A program made the position numbers and the translations under genes. Source: Candidatus Nomurabacteria bacterium (lineage in GTDB: Bacteria; Patescibacteriota; Minisyncoccia; Phycocordibacterales; UBA9973). From it: a stretch of 43,464 bases of DNA. The stretch spans positions 1 to 43,464 of the forward strand of contig JAPLXT010000056.1 of the NCBI GenBank assembly GCA_026395935.1, given 5' to 3'. Shown here piece by piece: positions 35,101-43,275 of this stretch; within the stretch, counting starts at the first letter, position 1; the number at the start of each line of letters is the position of its first letter. A model generated the notes under the pieces. The model had not been told where the DNA came from. It made no database searches and was given only the letters and a program-made list of their open reading frames with translations.

Positions 35101-35483
35101 TGCCAAATCCCAATCCAGACGACCCGGACAGTACTCCTCCAACTCTCCGAAGTTATGCATTGAATAATACTCAAAGTAATATAACTATCAATCCCGTGAC
35201 TTCAAATCTTACTATTTCACTTAGGGCGAATAAAAAAGTAAACTGGCTTTCTATAAAGATTATAAAAACAGATAATGAAGATGTTTCAAAACTATATCAG
35301 TCCGATACGAAGAATTGTCGTGATGGTGAAAATTCATGTGAAAAGCTTTGGGATAAAGGGGAGCTGACTCATGGTATTTTACAAAACGGAAATTATAAAA
35401 TACGAGTACGCTTGGAAGATACCTCAGGTAAAATTTATGAGGAATATCTGCCTTATATTATTACAGTAATTGGCCAATCATAA
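32124..35483 (+). CDS. Large secreted alpha/beta-hydrolase (lipase-like) protein with Ig-like repeat domains
   Basis: Signal peptide ending ..LTANA. GHSQG nucleophile elbow (Ser codon 32493-32495) with downstream SDTD and WGHDF. Ser/Gly/Asp-rich linker, two 82-aa DUF5011-like Ig repeats, and further beta-sandwich-like C-terminal modules. Confidence 0.7.
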   Translation: MKNKKLFILGFSLLFSLLSLTANAEGVCSKSGYTILTINGIFTDKEGALNNKDSLQRSLGAGFKNEPLNVDYVYNPTHAQGFIDVLDTIAQGYLNQKSDYDLVEMLNNASTKVKTEKLLLVGHSQGNFYANNFYDKVADMEGGVPKQSIGVYSVATPASRVAGDGLYLTSDTDKVIAKLVGSAKKIMPPNTHISYTNNEDIWGHDFYKIYLAHNGDRIIGDLKTSLDKLKTNDIQSSNTPCLSPVKISLAHKITGAMLAVTDFSANTIINSVKQTVTLAYNLSKKATILVGENLANIASKNLAFAGSSIMAGPLFSISDQSLNNTQFSNMQVLEGVENNIQENTNLDTNIPVVTDTNVEETNLNPTPTDIEPVSTTPDSGVSSGGSSNGGGSNDSGENSDDNPTEDNKDDKVEDKTAPVITLVGESVINIEVGSTYVDAGATALDDIDEVVEVVSSGIVDNIKAGVYTITYTATDKAENVATLNRTINVIAPNIKDTTAPVITLNGESSVNIELNTTYVDAGATATDDIDGVVEVVTTGIVDNTKVGIYTLTYTATDKALNISTLTRIVEVSQPAMALSFPPASMTTSGDGVYPNSAKRKIEEFLYQIVYTSKDNTPPYSVTLRRKNLKTGVYLNDQQMNTINNSSNRVWPAELRDGNYANGELYSVSNSVDDEGEYEYYFVIVDKDFNIVKKFGENNNLKITATPATNYYPSKASFGTENGDGKNWQVWIFDKSNIYDWSDTYINNYLHQHFKVQNYDYISGGVLRLDLFSSDPRNGFEPGDITTGGVSEYRLPVDPLSLPASTLHDVDIQWDSTGYNYTYTLASNASVASTGHVNITNISNNLWIGWGIYNPKVYWAASVYAPFFESVWVGAPSQFAEGRTGGKYVYPAPSPIYKVHTEPVKSGEKLINTFDFQNLSPVVNGVVDNTNHTINLTVPYGTNISSMTPIITISDKSTIAPQSGVAKDFTNNVTYTVTAEDGTTQSYIVTVTVLPNPNPDDPDSTPPTLRSYALNNTQSNITINPVTSNLTISLRANKKVNWLSIKIIKTDNEDVSKLYQSDTKNCRDGENSCEKLWDKGELTHGILQNGNYKIRVRLEDTSGKIYEEYLPYIITVIGQS
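33363..33854 (+). repeat. Tandem 246-nt coding repeat (two Ig-like DUF5011-type modules)
   Basis: D(K/T)TAPVITL.GES..NIE...TYVDAGATA.DDID.VVEVV..GIVDN.K.G.YT.TYTATDKA.N..TL.R occurs twice back to back (33363-33608 and 33609-33854). Confidence 0.85.
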
Positions 35484-35531
35484 AAAGGATTTACTCAAAC
35501 AAAGGTATGTGTGGGGGAGAGAAGATTTTTA

Positions 35532-35560
35532 TTGCAAAATTTATGGATTTGTTGTATATT
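35532..35560 (+). promoter_or_regulatory. Candidate dedicated promoter for fusA
   Basis: TTGCAA (35532-35537), 17 nt, TATATT (35555-35560). Confidence 0.5.
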
Positions 35561-35633
35561 TGGGGGACAAAAGACTTGAATGTCTACCTGTAAAAATCAG
35601 GTAATTTTATTTTTAGCAACATTAATTATATAT

Positions 35634-37778
35634 ATGGAAAGAGATTATCCACTAGAGAAAGTAAGAAATATTGGAATTATTGCTCACATCGATGCAGGTA
35701 AAACTACGACGACTGAGCGCGTGCTTTTTTATACAGGTGTGTCGCACAAAATAGGTGAAGTTCACGATGGGGAAACAACTACCGACTGGATGGAGCAAGA
35801 GCGTGAACGCGGAATTACTATTACTTCTGCGGCTGTTACTTGTTTCTGGACTCCAACTTATGCTGCTATCACTGATAAGACCAAGAAGCATCGTTTCAAC
35901 ATTATCGACACCCCAGGACACATTGACTTCACAGTGGAAGTGAAGAGATCTCTTCGTGTGCTCGATGGAGCTGTTGTCGTTTTCGACGGAGTTGCTGGAG
36001 TAGAACCTCAATCTGAAACTAACTGGCGCTATGCTGATGAGGCAAGTGTTCCTCGTGTTTGTTTTATCAACAAGCTAGATAGAACAGGTGCATCTTTCGA
36101 ACATTCATATGCGACAATTCTTGATCGTCTCACAAAGAAAGCTATCCGAATGCAGATTCCTATTGGTCTCGAAGAGAATCACGAAGGAGTTATTGATCTT
36201 CTAAACATGAAGGCGTACTACTTTGAAGGGGAGATGGGGAACAAAGTTATCGAAAAAGAAATCCCAGAAAATCTAGTTGCTGAAGCAGAAAAATATCACG
36301 CCGAACTTATTGAAAAGATCGTTGAACAAGATGATGCAGTGATGAATGATTATTTAGAAGGCAAAATTCCTGATATTGATACTTTGAAAAAATTAATGAG
36401 AAAAGGAGTTATTGCTAATGAAATTTTCCCAGTGTTTGCTGGATCAGCTTTGAAAAATAAAGGTGTCCAGCTAGTGCTCGATGCTGTTGTCGACTACCTT
36501 CCTTCTCCACTTGATATTCCAGCAATTCTAGGAACTAACCCTGATACAGATGAAAAAGATTCTCGCCCCGCTTCAGATGAAGCACCATTTTCAGCGCTTG
36601 CTTTCAAAGTAGCTACTGACCCATTCGTCGGACAAATTATTTTCTTCCGTGTTTATTCAGGTTCTCTTTCCGCCGGAAGTTATGTTTACAATCCACGCAC
36701 TCGTAATAAAGAAAGAATCGGACGAATTCTCCGAATGCATGCGAACGACCGTGAAGAAGTGAAGAAAGTTTACGCTGGAGAAATCGCAGCCGCTGTTGGT
36801 CTTAAAGATACTATTACTTCCGATACACTTTGTGACGAAGAACACCCAATCGAACTTTATCGTATTATTTTCCCAGAGCCAGTTATTCAACTACGTGTTG
36901 AGCCAAAGACAAAAGCAGACCAAGAGAAGATGGGTATGGCGCTTTCAAGACTTGCTCAAGAAGATCCTACTTTCCGTGTGACTACCGATGCTGAGACAAA
37001 TGAGACTATCATCGCCGGAATGGGTGAACTTCATTTGGAAATCATTGTTGATCGTATGAGACGTGAATTCTCTGTGGAGACAAACGTTGGTAAACCTCAA
37101 GTTGCATACCGTGAGACTATTACAGGCGAAGCTCAAGTAGAAGGTAAGTACATCAAGCAGTCAGGAGGCCGTGGTAACTATGGTCACGTGAAGATCAGAA
37201 TTAAGCCAATGGATCAGAGTATTAAAGCTGAAGATTTACCAAAGAATACAAAGCGTGAGAAAGGTTTCGAATTCATCAACACAATTAAAGGAGGTGCTAT
37301 TCCACAAGAATACATTCCTGCTTGTGAGAAAGGATTCAAAGAAGGTCTCGACCGCGGAGTGCTCGCTGGATTCAAACTTGAAAATGTTTCTGTTGAACTT
37401 TATGATGGAACGTATCACGATGTGGACTCCAACGAAATGGCCTTCAAGATTGCTGCAAGTATGGCAATTCAAGATGCATGTAAAATGGCCCGCCCTGTTA
37501 TCCTTGAGCCGATGATGCAAGTAGAAGTAGTTACTCCAGACAAATTCATGGGTGATGTTACAGGAAGTCTCTCATCAAAACGTGGACTCATCGAAGGTAT
37601 GGAGGCTCGTGGTATGAACCAAGCAGTCCGTGCAGTTGTACCTCTATCCGAAATGTTTGGATACATGACGACTCTTCGCTCTATGACAGAAGGACGTGCA
37701 GGATTCACAATGGAATTCCTACGCTATGATATAGTTCCACAAAGTGTCGCAACATCAATTATTGAAAGTAGAAAATAA
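35634..37778 (+). CDS. fusA: Translation elongation factor G
   Basis: [25 protein letters not shown] aligns with the canonical EF-G N-terminus, so ATG 35634 is preferred over the track start at 35580. DTPGH and NKLD GTPase motifs are present. Confidence 0.92.
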   Translation: MERDYPLEKVRNIGIIAHIDAGKTTTTERVLFYTGVSHKIGEVHDGETTTDWMEQERERGITITSAAVTCFWTPTYAAITDKTKKHRFNIIDTPGHIDFTVEVKRSLRVLDGAVVVFDGVAGVEPQSETNWRYADEASVPRVCFINKLDRTGASFEHSYATILDRLTKKAIRMQIPIGLEENHEGVIDLLNMKAYYFEGEMGNKVIEKEIPENLVAEAEKYHAELIEKIVEQDDAVMNDYLEGKIPDIDTLKKLMRKGVIANEIFPVFAGSALKNKGVQLVLDAVVDYLPSPLDIPAILGTNPDTDEKDSRPASDEAPFSALAFKVATDPFVGQIIFFRVYSGSLSAGSYVYNPRTRNKERIGRILRMHANDREEVKKVYAGEIAAAVGLKDTITSDTLCDEEHPIELYRIIFPEPVIQLRVEPKTKADQEKMGMALSRLAQEDPTFRVTTDAETNETIIAGMGELHLEIIVDRMRREFSVETNVGKPQVAYRETITGEAQVEGKYIKQSGGRGNYGHVKIRIKPMDQSIKAEDLPKNTKREKGFEFINTIKGGAIPQEYIPACEKGFKEGLDRGVLAGFKLENVSVELYDGTYHDVDSNEMAFKIAASMAIQDACKMARPVILEPMMQVEVVTPDKFMGDVTGSLSSKRGLIEGMEARGMNQAVRAVVPLSEMFGYMTTLRSMTEGRAGFTMEFLRYDIVPQSVATSIIESRK

Positions 37779-37798
37779 TTTTTTAAAAAAAAGAAGGA

Positions 37799-37850
37799 AA
37801 TGCCCCAGAGAGACGATAGTCTCTCTGGGGCATTCTCGATTTTGTATTTT
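37799..37850 (+). terminator. Intrinsic terminator after fusA
   Basis: 16-bp perfect stem AATGCCCCAGAGAGAC (37799-37814) / GTCTCTCTGGGGCATT (37819-37834), GATA loop, then a T-rich tail. Confidence 0.85.
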
Positions 37851-37859
37851 AACCAAAAA

Positions 37860-37868
37860 TGTTATAAT
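37860..37868 (+). promoter_or_regulatory. Extended -10 element (TGtTATAAT) upstream of the FKBP gene
   Basis: TGTTATAAT at 37860-37868, about 38 nt before the ATG at 37906. Confidence 0.4.
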
Positions 37869-37905
37869 AACAAGATATTATTAATTAATTTTTTCCTAAT
37901 CACAT

Positions 37906-38517
37906 ATGCAAAAACAAAAAGGAAATATGGGTGTAGTAGTTTCTTTTATTATTGTTATTGGCCTTATTGTATTGGCTGTTTATTCACTTATGCATAGACC
38001 CGTTAAAGTTGATCCATTAGAAGGGATTAAGGGTGTAGACAGTAGTGCACCGACAACAGCAGGAGATAGCGCAACAGCAACAACAGGAGAACAACAAGCA
38101 CAACCAACAGAACAAAAAACTATGGAACCAAATACAAATGCAAATAAGAATGTTAGAAATTTAAGTAATTTTACTCCAGTAGCTAAAGTCTCAACACTTG
38201 AGAAGATTGATCAAGTTGTCGGTACAGGGAAAGAAGTACAAGCTGGCGCAACGGTGAGCGTACATTATACAGGAGCAGTCGCTGCTACAGGTGCGATTTT
38301 CCAATCTTCAAAAGATTTTGGAACAGAGCCAGTAACATTTCCTCTCTCAGGAGTTATTAAAGGATGGACAGATGGAATTCCAGGGATGAAAATAGGTGGT
38401 ACTCGTCGTTTAGTTATACCTGCAGCTATGGCCTATGGAGCCAACCCACCATCTGGTTCTGGTATTCCTGCGAACGCAGACTTAGTCTTCGACGTTGAAC
38501 TAGTAGCAATTAAATAA
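37906..38517 (+). CDS. Membrane-anchored FKBP-type peptidyl-prolyl cis-trans isomerase
   Basis: TM anchor, low-complexity linker, then VHYTG...F.SS.D...P..F.L..VIKGW..G...MK.GG.R.L.IP...AYG FKBP core. Confidence 0.85.
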   Translation: MQKQKGNMGVVVSFIIVIGLIVLAVYSLMHRPVKVDPLEGIKGVDSSAPTTAGDSATATTGEQQAQPTEQKTMEPNTNANKNVRNLSNFTPVAKVSTLEKIDQVVGTGKEVQAGATVSVHYTGAVAATGAIFQSSKDFGTEPVTFPLSGVIKGWTDGIPGMKIGGTRRLVIPAAMAYGANPPSGSGIPANADLVFDVELVAIK

Positions 38518-38524
38518 ATTATTT

Positions 38525-40021
38525 ATGAAAGAGAAAGGTAAATTATTTTTCCAAAAGAACATAAGAAGGAAGCGCACTTGGGCGATTCTCGTTCTTCTAC
38601 TTCTTGTTGGAAGTTATTTTATCTTTAGGACACCTGCAAGCGTGGCGAATACTACTACAGACATTGCAAAAATTTCAGACTTAAAGCAAACGGTTCTAGC
38701 TACCGGTCAGGTAGTTTCTAATACTGATTTAAGTTTATCATTCAATTCGACAGGTATTGTAAAATCTTTAAAAGTAAAAGTGGGGGATAAGGTTAAGCAA
38801 GGACAAGTTTTAGCTACTCTTGATCAAGGGGCAGAGCTTGCTGCACTGACGTCTGCACGTGGCGCACTTGCGGCCGCGCAAGCCAGGCTGAAACGAACCA
38901 TCGAAGGATCTTCCAATGAAGAAATAGCCCTTGCAGAGATAACGCTTGCCCAGACCAAACTGACTCAAGAGACCCTTGTAAATAATGCGTATCAGAATCT
39001 CCTCAACAGCACCCCCGAAGCCAACCTATACCCTACAGAGAGAAATTATGAATCACCAACCATCAGTGGTAACTACAACCTAGGTAAAGAAGGCCAGATA
39101 ATAGTCAGTATTGATCTAAATGCTAGTTCTTTTAAAACTCACGGTCTACTTGCCGTAGATGGTGACGTCTCTACCACCACTCCTCAACCCATCGGTAACT
39201 CAGGCCTTTTCATAGAATTCCCCACAGGAGTCACTCTCAACTACACCGACTGGAGTATTGATATCCCTAACAAGAAAGCATCAAACTACTTAACCAATTA
39301 CAATGCATATCAGACGGCAGTCTCTCAAGCAAAGTTTGCTATCGATCAACGTACTGCCGAGCTCGCTATCAAGAAGTCCGCTGCTCGTGGATCCGACATT
39401 GATTTAGCCAATGCCGATATTTTATCTGCGGAAGGGCAGGTACAAGCGGCACAGGCTCGTTACAATAATACAATTATCTCGGCCCCCGTAGATGGAACGA
39501 TTACAAGTATAGATATTAAAATTGGTGAGCAAGCTATGGCTCAAAAGAGTGCAATAGTTTTGCAAGATGTTTCCAATATTTATATTGAGACGAATATCAA
39601 CGAAGCCAATATTAGTAGTTTGTCTCTCGGTCTTCCGATAGATATTACTTATGATTCTTTTGGAACAGATAAAATTTTCAAAGGTATTATTACCAAGATT
39701 GATCCAGCGGGAACTGTTGTCTCTGGCGTTGTGAATTATAAAGTTACAGCAAGCACAGAACAAGTGAAAGATTTGAGACCTGGCATGACGGCAAACATGA
39801 CTATCAAGGTTGCCGAGAAAGATGGCGTGATAGCTATCCCATCTCGCTCAATTATTATGAATAGTAATGGTGATAGAGTTTTGCGATTAATCACAAATAC
39901 AAAAAATAAAAGTTATAAAGAGGTTCCTATAATCACAGGACTAGAAGGTGATGGAGGACTTGTAGAGGTTATAAAAGGACTTTCCATTGGCGACGAGTTT
40001 GTAATATTAATCAAAAAATAA
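38525..40021 (+). CDS. HlyD/MacA-type membrane-fusion (periplasmic adaptor) protein
   Basis: N-terminal TM, lipoyl-like segment (VKVGDKVKQGQVLATLD), coiled-coil Ala/Gln-rich hairpin, beta-barrel segments. Leads the ABC genes. Confidence 0.8.
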   Translation: MKEKGKLFFQKNIRRKRTWAILVLLLLVGSYFIFRTPASVANTTTDIAKISDLKQTVLATGQVVSNTDLSLSFNSTGIVKSLKVKVGDKVKQGQVLATLDQGAELAALTSARGALAAAQARLKRTIEGSSNEEIALAEITLAQTKLTQETLVNNAYQNLLNSTPEANLYPTERNYESPTISGNYNLGKEGQIIVSIDLNASSFKTHGLLAVDGDVSTTTPQPIGNSGLFIEFPTGVTLNYTDWSIDIPNKKASNYLTNYNAYQTAVSQAKFAIDQRTAELAIKKSAARGSDIDLANADILSAEGQVQAAQARYNNTIISAPVDGTITSIDIKIGEQAMAQKSAIVLQDVSNIYIETNINEANISSLSLGLPIDITYDSFGTDKIFKGIITKIDPAGTVVSGVVNYKVTASTEQVKDLRPGMTANMTIKVAEKDGVIAIPSRSIIMNSNGDRVLRLITNTKNKSYKEVPIITGLEGDGGLVEVIKGLSIGDEFVILIKK

Positions 40022-40022
40022 A

Positions 40023-40745
40023 ATGTTAATCGAACTCAAGAATATAGTAAAGAATTACGTGAATGGCGACGTGGTTACAAGAGTATTGCGCGATGTTGAT
40101 CTCTCTGTCGATGAAGGGGAATTTGTTGCTATCATGGGGCCGTCGGGTTCTGGTAAGTCGACTCTCATGCATACTATCGGCTTCCTTGATCGTCCGACTT
40201 CTGGTACATATCTTTTTGATGGGGAAAACACACAAAGTTTTACTGACGATGAGCTTGCTCGAATCAGAAATAAAAGAATTGGATTCGTTTTTCAATCTTT
40301 CAATCTTCTTCCCCGTACTTCTGTCTTGGACAACGTAATGCTTCCACTTCTTTATAGTGGAGACAAGTCGGGTTATGAAAGTCGTGCTAAGAAAGCATTG
40401 GAATCTGTCGGTCTGGGGGAGAGAATTCACTTCATGAGTAATCAAATTTCCGGAGGGCAGAAGCAGCGCGTTGCTATTGCTCGCGCACTTGTCTGTGATC
40501 CGAAAGTTATTTTTGCCGATGAGCCGACTGGTAATTTGGATTCAAAGAGTGGAGCCACCGTCATGCACATACTTGAAGAATTGAACAAAGAGGGTCGCAC
40601 TATAATACTCGTCACTCATGACAAGCAGGTCGCACTCCATGCGAACCGCATTGTAACTATTCGCGACGGAAAGATTGTAGAAGATAGACTTGTCCCAAAT
40701 TCTGAAAGAGTTCACTCAAAAGAAATAAAAGAGGAAGAGGAATAA
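40023..40745 (+). CDS. ABC transporter ATP-binding protein, MacB/LolD/YknY type
   Basis: Walker [10 protein letters not shown], signature [14 protein letters not shown], Walker [13 protein letters not shown]-loop LVTHD. Confidence 0.9.
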   Translation: MLIELKNIVKNYVNGDVVTRVLRDVDLSVDEGEFVAIMGPSGSGKSTLMHTIGFLDRPTSGTYLFDGENTQSFTDDELARIRNKRIGFVFQSFNLLPRTSVLDNVMLPLLYSGDKSGYESRAKKALESVGLGERIHFMSNQISGGQKQRVAIARALVCDPKVIFADEPTGNLDSKSGATVMHILEELNKEGRTIILVTHDKQVALHANRIVTIRDGKIVEDRLVPNSERVHSKEIKEEEE

Positions 40746-40749
40746 TGCG

Positions 40750-41898
40750 ATGGATAATACTTTAGTCAAAGAAATAAAGACATCAATCAAAGATTTACTT
40801 GCAAGGAAAGGTAGATCATTTTTGACAATACTCGGTATTATCATAGGTGTTGCAGGGGTCATCATCATTATTTCTCTCGGCTCCGGTGCTCAGTCTCTCG
40901 TCTTGGGTCAGATTACCAAGTTGGGGTCAAATCTAGTTGGAGTCTTACCAGGGAAGAGTAGTGAGAATGGTCCTCCGACTGCAGTATTTGGTGTTCAGAT
41001 CAAAACATTGAAGCTTTCAGATGTGGAAGCGATAAAGAATAAAGGCAAGGTTCCGAATGCTACAGCTGTAGCTGCTTTTGTGAATGGGAGCGCGACGATC
41101 ATCGCTGGCAAGGAGAGTGTGGACACTTCCTTCACAGCTACGGATGGTAGTTATGTTCGTGTTCAGAATATAGAAATGACAAAAGGAACTTTTTTCTCAG
41201 ATGAAGAAGCGAACTCTGGTGCCAATGTTATCGTGCTTGGTTATGATGTCGCGACAGCTCTTTTCCCAAATGGTGGTGAGATAGGTAGTGTGGTAAAGAT
41301 AAAAGTTCCGAACAACAATCCGATGTCTAGTAATGAAGTTTCGAATAGTATTCCATTGCGAGTTATAGGAGTTCAGAAGAAGATGGGTACAGTTGCTTTT
41401 CAGAATCAGGATGATCAAGTCTTCATTCCATTTTTAATAGGTCAGCGTCAGATTTTAGGGATAGATTATGTGCAAGCTATTCGTATTAAAATTGACGATC
41501 CCAACAATGTGAAAAACGCCATTGCCGATATCACAAGGGTTTTACGTGAACAACATAGAATTCACAATATTGAGAATGATGATTTTTATGTTCGTGATTT
41601 AGCGGATGCCATTAAGCTTCTGACAGGAATCACGGATAATTTGCGCATATTCTTGGGGCTCATGGCGGCTATTTCTCTTGTCGTTGGTGGTATTGGTATT
41701 ATGAATATTATGCTCGTGAATGTATCCGAGCGCACGAGTGAGATAGGTTTGAGGAAGGCGATAGGTGCCACAAGGAAAAATATTCGCAATCAATTTCTTG
41801 CGGCTACTGTATCTATCGTCGTTGGTATTGTTTTTGGACTTTATCCAGCTTTAAAGGCAGCCAAGCTTGATCCGATAGTGGCACTTCGTTATGAATAA
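40750..41898 (+). CDS. FtsX/MacB-type ABC permease, lacking about 47 aa (TM3 region) relative to its paralog
   Basis: TM1, extracytoplasmic domain and FtsX motif GGIGIMNIML..SERTSEIGLRKAIGA. After ..IRNQFL it jumps directly to the last TM (VSIVVGIVFGLYPALKAAKLDPIVALRYE). Confidence 0.7.
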   Translation: MDNTLVKEIKTSIKDLLARKGRSFLTILGIIIGVAGVIIIISLGSGAQSLVLGQITKLGSNLVGVLPGKSSENGPPTAVFGVQIKTLKLSDVEAIKNKGKVPNATAVAAFVNGSATIIAGKESVDTSFTATDGSYVRVQNIEMTKGTFFSDEEANSGANVIVLGYDVATALFPNGGEIGSVVKIKVPNNNPMSSNEVSNSIPLRVIGVQKKMGTVAFQNQDDQVFIPFLIGQRQILGIDYVQAIRIKIDDPNNVKNAIADITRVLREQHRIHNIENDDFYVRDLADAIKLLTGITDNLRIFLGLMAAISLVVGGIGIMNIMLVNVSERTSEIGLRKAIGATRKNIRNQFLAATVSIVVGIVFGLYPALKAAKLDPIVALRYE

Positions 41899-43156
41899 TA
41901 TTTATTTAAAGCAAGCTATACGTGGCATCAAGTCGAATCCTTCAAGGACGCTTTTAACGACGCTCGGCATCATGATCGGTATCGGTACTGTTATTCTAGT
42001 TCTTTCGGCTGGTGAGGGATTCAAGAGTTATATCAATGCTCAAGTGGAAGCTTTCGGTAGTAACAGTATTATAGTAGAGACTTCAGTTCCTGCTTCTACG
42101 AAGGCTCGCCAAGGTGGCGCTTCTGATTCTGGTACTGCAAATAGCTCTGCCACGAATGCTGTCCCTATCACAACTTTGAAAATCCGTGATGTAGAAGATA
42201 TGAAAAATATTCCAAATGTGAAGAATGCATACGGAGCGTCTATTGGCCAGCAAGTTGTCACTTATAAAGGAGTTTCGAAAACCACATTTATCTTTGGAGC
42301 TTCAGCCGCACGTTTTGATATTGATAAAGGTGTCATCGCATCCGGCCGAGGTTACGATATCGGTGAGGATAAGTCGCTCGCTCAAGTGGCAGTCTTAGGA
42401 AGCAGAATCGCAACTGATTTATTTGGCGACAGTAATCCACTCGGCCAATTGATAAGAGTGGGGAATTATAATTTTGAAGTCATAGGTGTTTATGAGTCCA
42501 AGGGCAGCTTTGGTCCGATGAGTGAAGATGATGAAGTATTTATTCCTATTACAACTTTACAGAAAAAGATTCAAGGTATCGATTATCTTATTTATTCAGT
42601 TGTAGAGCTTGCGGACAATTCTAAAGCAAATGCTACCAAGCTCGACATTATAGATACACTTCGTAGGAATCATTACATCACCGATCCAACTCGTGACGAC
42701 TTCAAGGTAAATACTCAAGAAGAAAGTTTGTCCGTCTTTAATACCATTCTTCAGGCGATCACATTTTTGCTTATCGCCATTGCCTCCATCTCTCTCATTG
42801 TTGGCGGGGTAGGGGTTATGAATATTATGTACGTCGTGGTGACGGAGCGCATCGGCGAGATAGGACTCAAGAAAGCTCTAGGTGCTCGTGGTAAGGATAT
42901 ATTATATGAATTTTTGATTGAGGCAGTCCTCCTGACAATTATTGGCGGAGTCATAGGAATTATCGGTGGATCATTTCTGGCATTTGTCGTATCAAAGGTG
43001 GCGCAGGGCGCTGGCCTTGCTTGGAAGTTCATCGTGCCTATCTGGGGTGTTGTACTTTCCGTTTCTGTCTCTATGGTTATAGGTATAGTTTTCGGTGTTT
43101 TCCCAGCTCGCAATGCCGCCCGCTTGGACCCAATTGTGGCTCTAAATAGGGAATAA
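41891..43156 (+). CDS. FtsX/MacB-type ABC permease (full length)
   Basis: 421 aa with the complete TM1 - extracytoplasmic domain - TM2-4 layout. GGVGVMNIMYVVVTERIGEIGLKKALGA; C-terminal ARLDPIVALNRE. Confidence 0.85.
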   Translation: MNNIYLKQAIRGIKSNPSRTLLTTLGIMIGIGTVILVLSAGEGFKSYINAQVEAFGSNSIIVETSVPASTKARQGGASDSGTANSSATNAVPITTLKIRDVEDMKNIPNVKNAYGASIGQQVVTYKGVSKTTFIFGASAARFDIDKGVIASGRGYDIGEDKSLAQVAVLGSRIATDLFGDSNPLGQLIRVGNYNFEVIGVYESKGSFGPMSEDDEVFIPITTLQKKIQGIDYLIYSVVELADNSKANATKLDIIDTLRRNHYITDPTRDDFKVNTQEESLSVFNTILQAITFLLIAIASISLIVGGVGVMNIMYVVVTERIGEIGLKKALGARGKDILYEFLIEAVLLTIIGGVIGIIGGSFLAFVVSKVAQGAGLAWKFIVPIWGVVLSVSVSMVIGIVFGVFPARNAARLDPIVALNRE

Positions 43157-43170
43157 AAAACACGAATTTT

Positions 43171-43257
43171 CCCCCTCCTGCGAAGGAGGGGGTAGGGGGA
43201 GGTGAATAATTAGTTCACCCCTCCGCCTTCGGCACCTCCCCTTAGCAGGGGAGGAAT
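43171..43257 (+). repeat. GC-rich multi-hairpin block including copy 2 of the 11887-type element
   Basis: CCCCCTCC (43171-78) / GGAGGGGG (43185-92); GGGGGAGGTGAA (43195-206) / TTCACCCCTCC (43214-24); CCTCCCCT (43235-42) / AGGGGAGG (43247-54). 43214-43257 is near-identical to 11887-11932. Confidence 0.8.
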
Positions 43258-43275
43258 TTATGATATACTAGAGAT

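Noticed and set aside
35483-35508. Fourth copy of the junction element after the 1119-aa gene
   Set aside because: Only short gapped matches (AAAAGGAT, TTTAC, CTCAA, AGGTA) are present. It lacks the AACGCTATCGCG core and forms no convincing hairpin. It is mentioned under the element finding as a possible remnant but not called as a feature.
35580-35633. Track start for EF-G at 35580 ([18 protein letters not shown]...)
   Set aside because: The hydrophobic 18-aa extension has no counterpart in EF-G. The ATG at 35634 gives the canonical MxR.....K.[15 protein letters not shown] N-terminus, and the predicted -10 box ends at 35560.
37800-37997. 65-aa ORF starting inside the fusA terminator
   Set aside because: It begins within the 16-bp terminator stem, runs through the promoter region and overlaps the FKBP gene start out of frame. 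The sequence is low-complexity (FFLITYAKTKRKYGCSSFFYYCYW) with no support.
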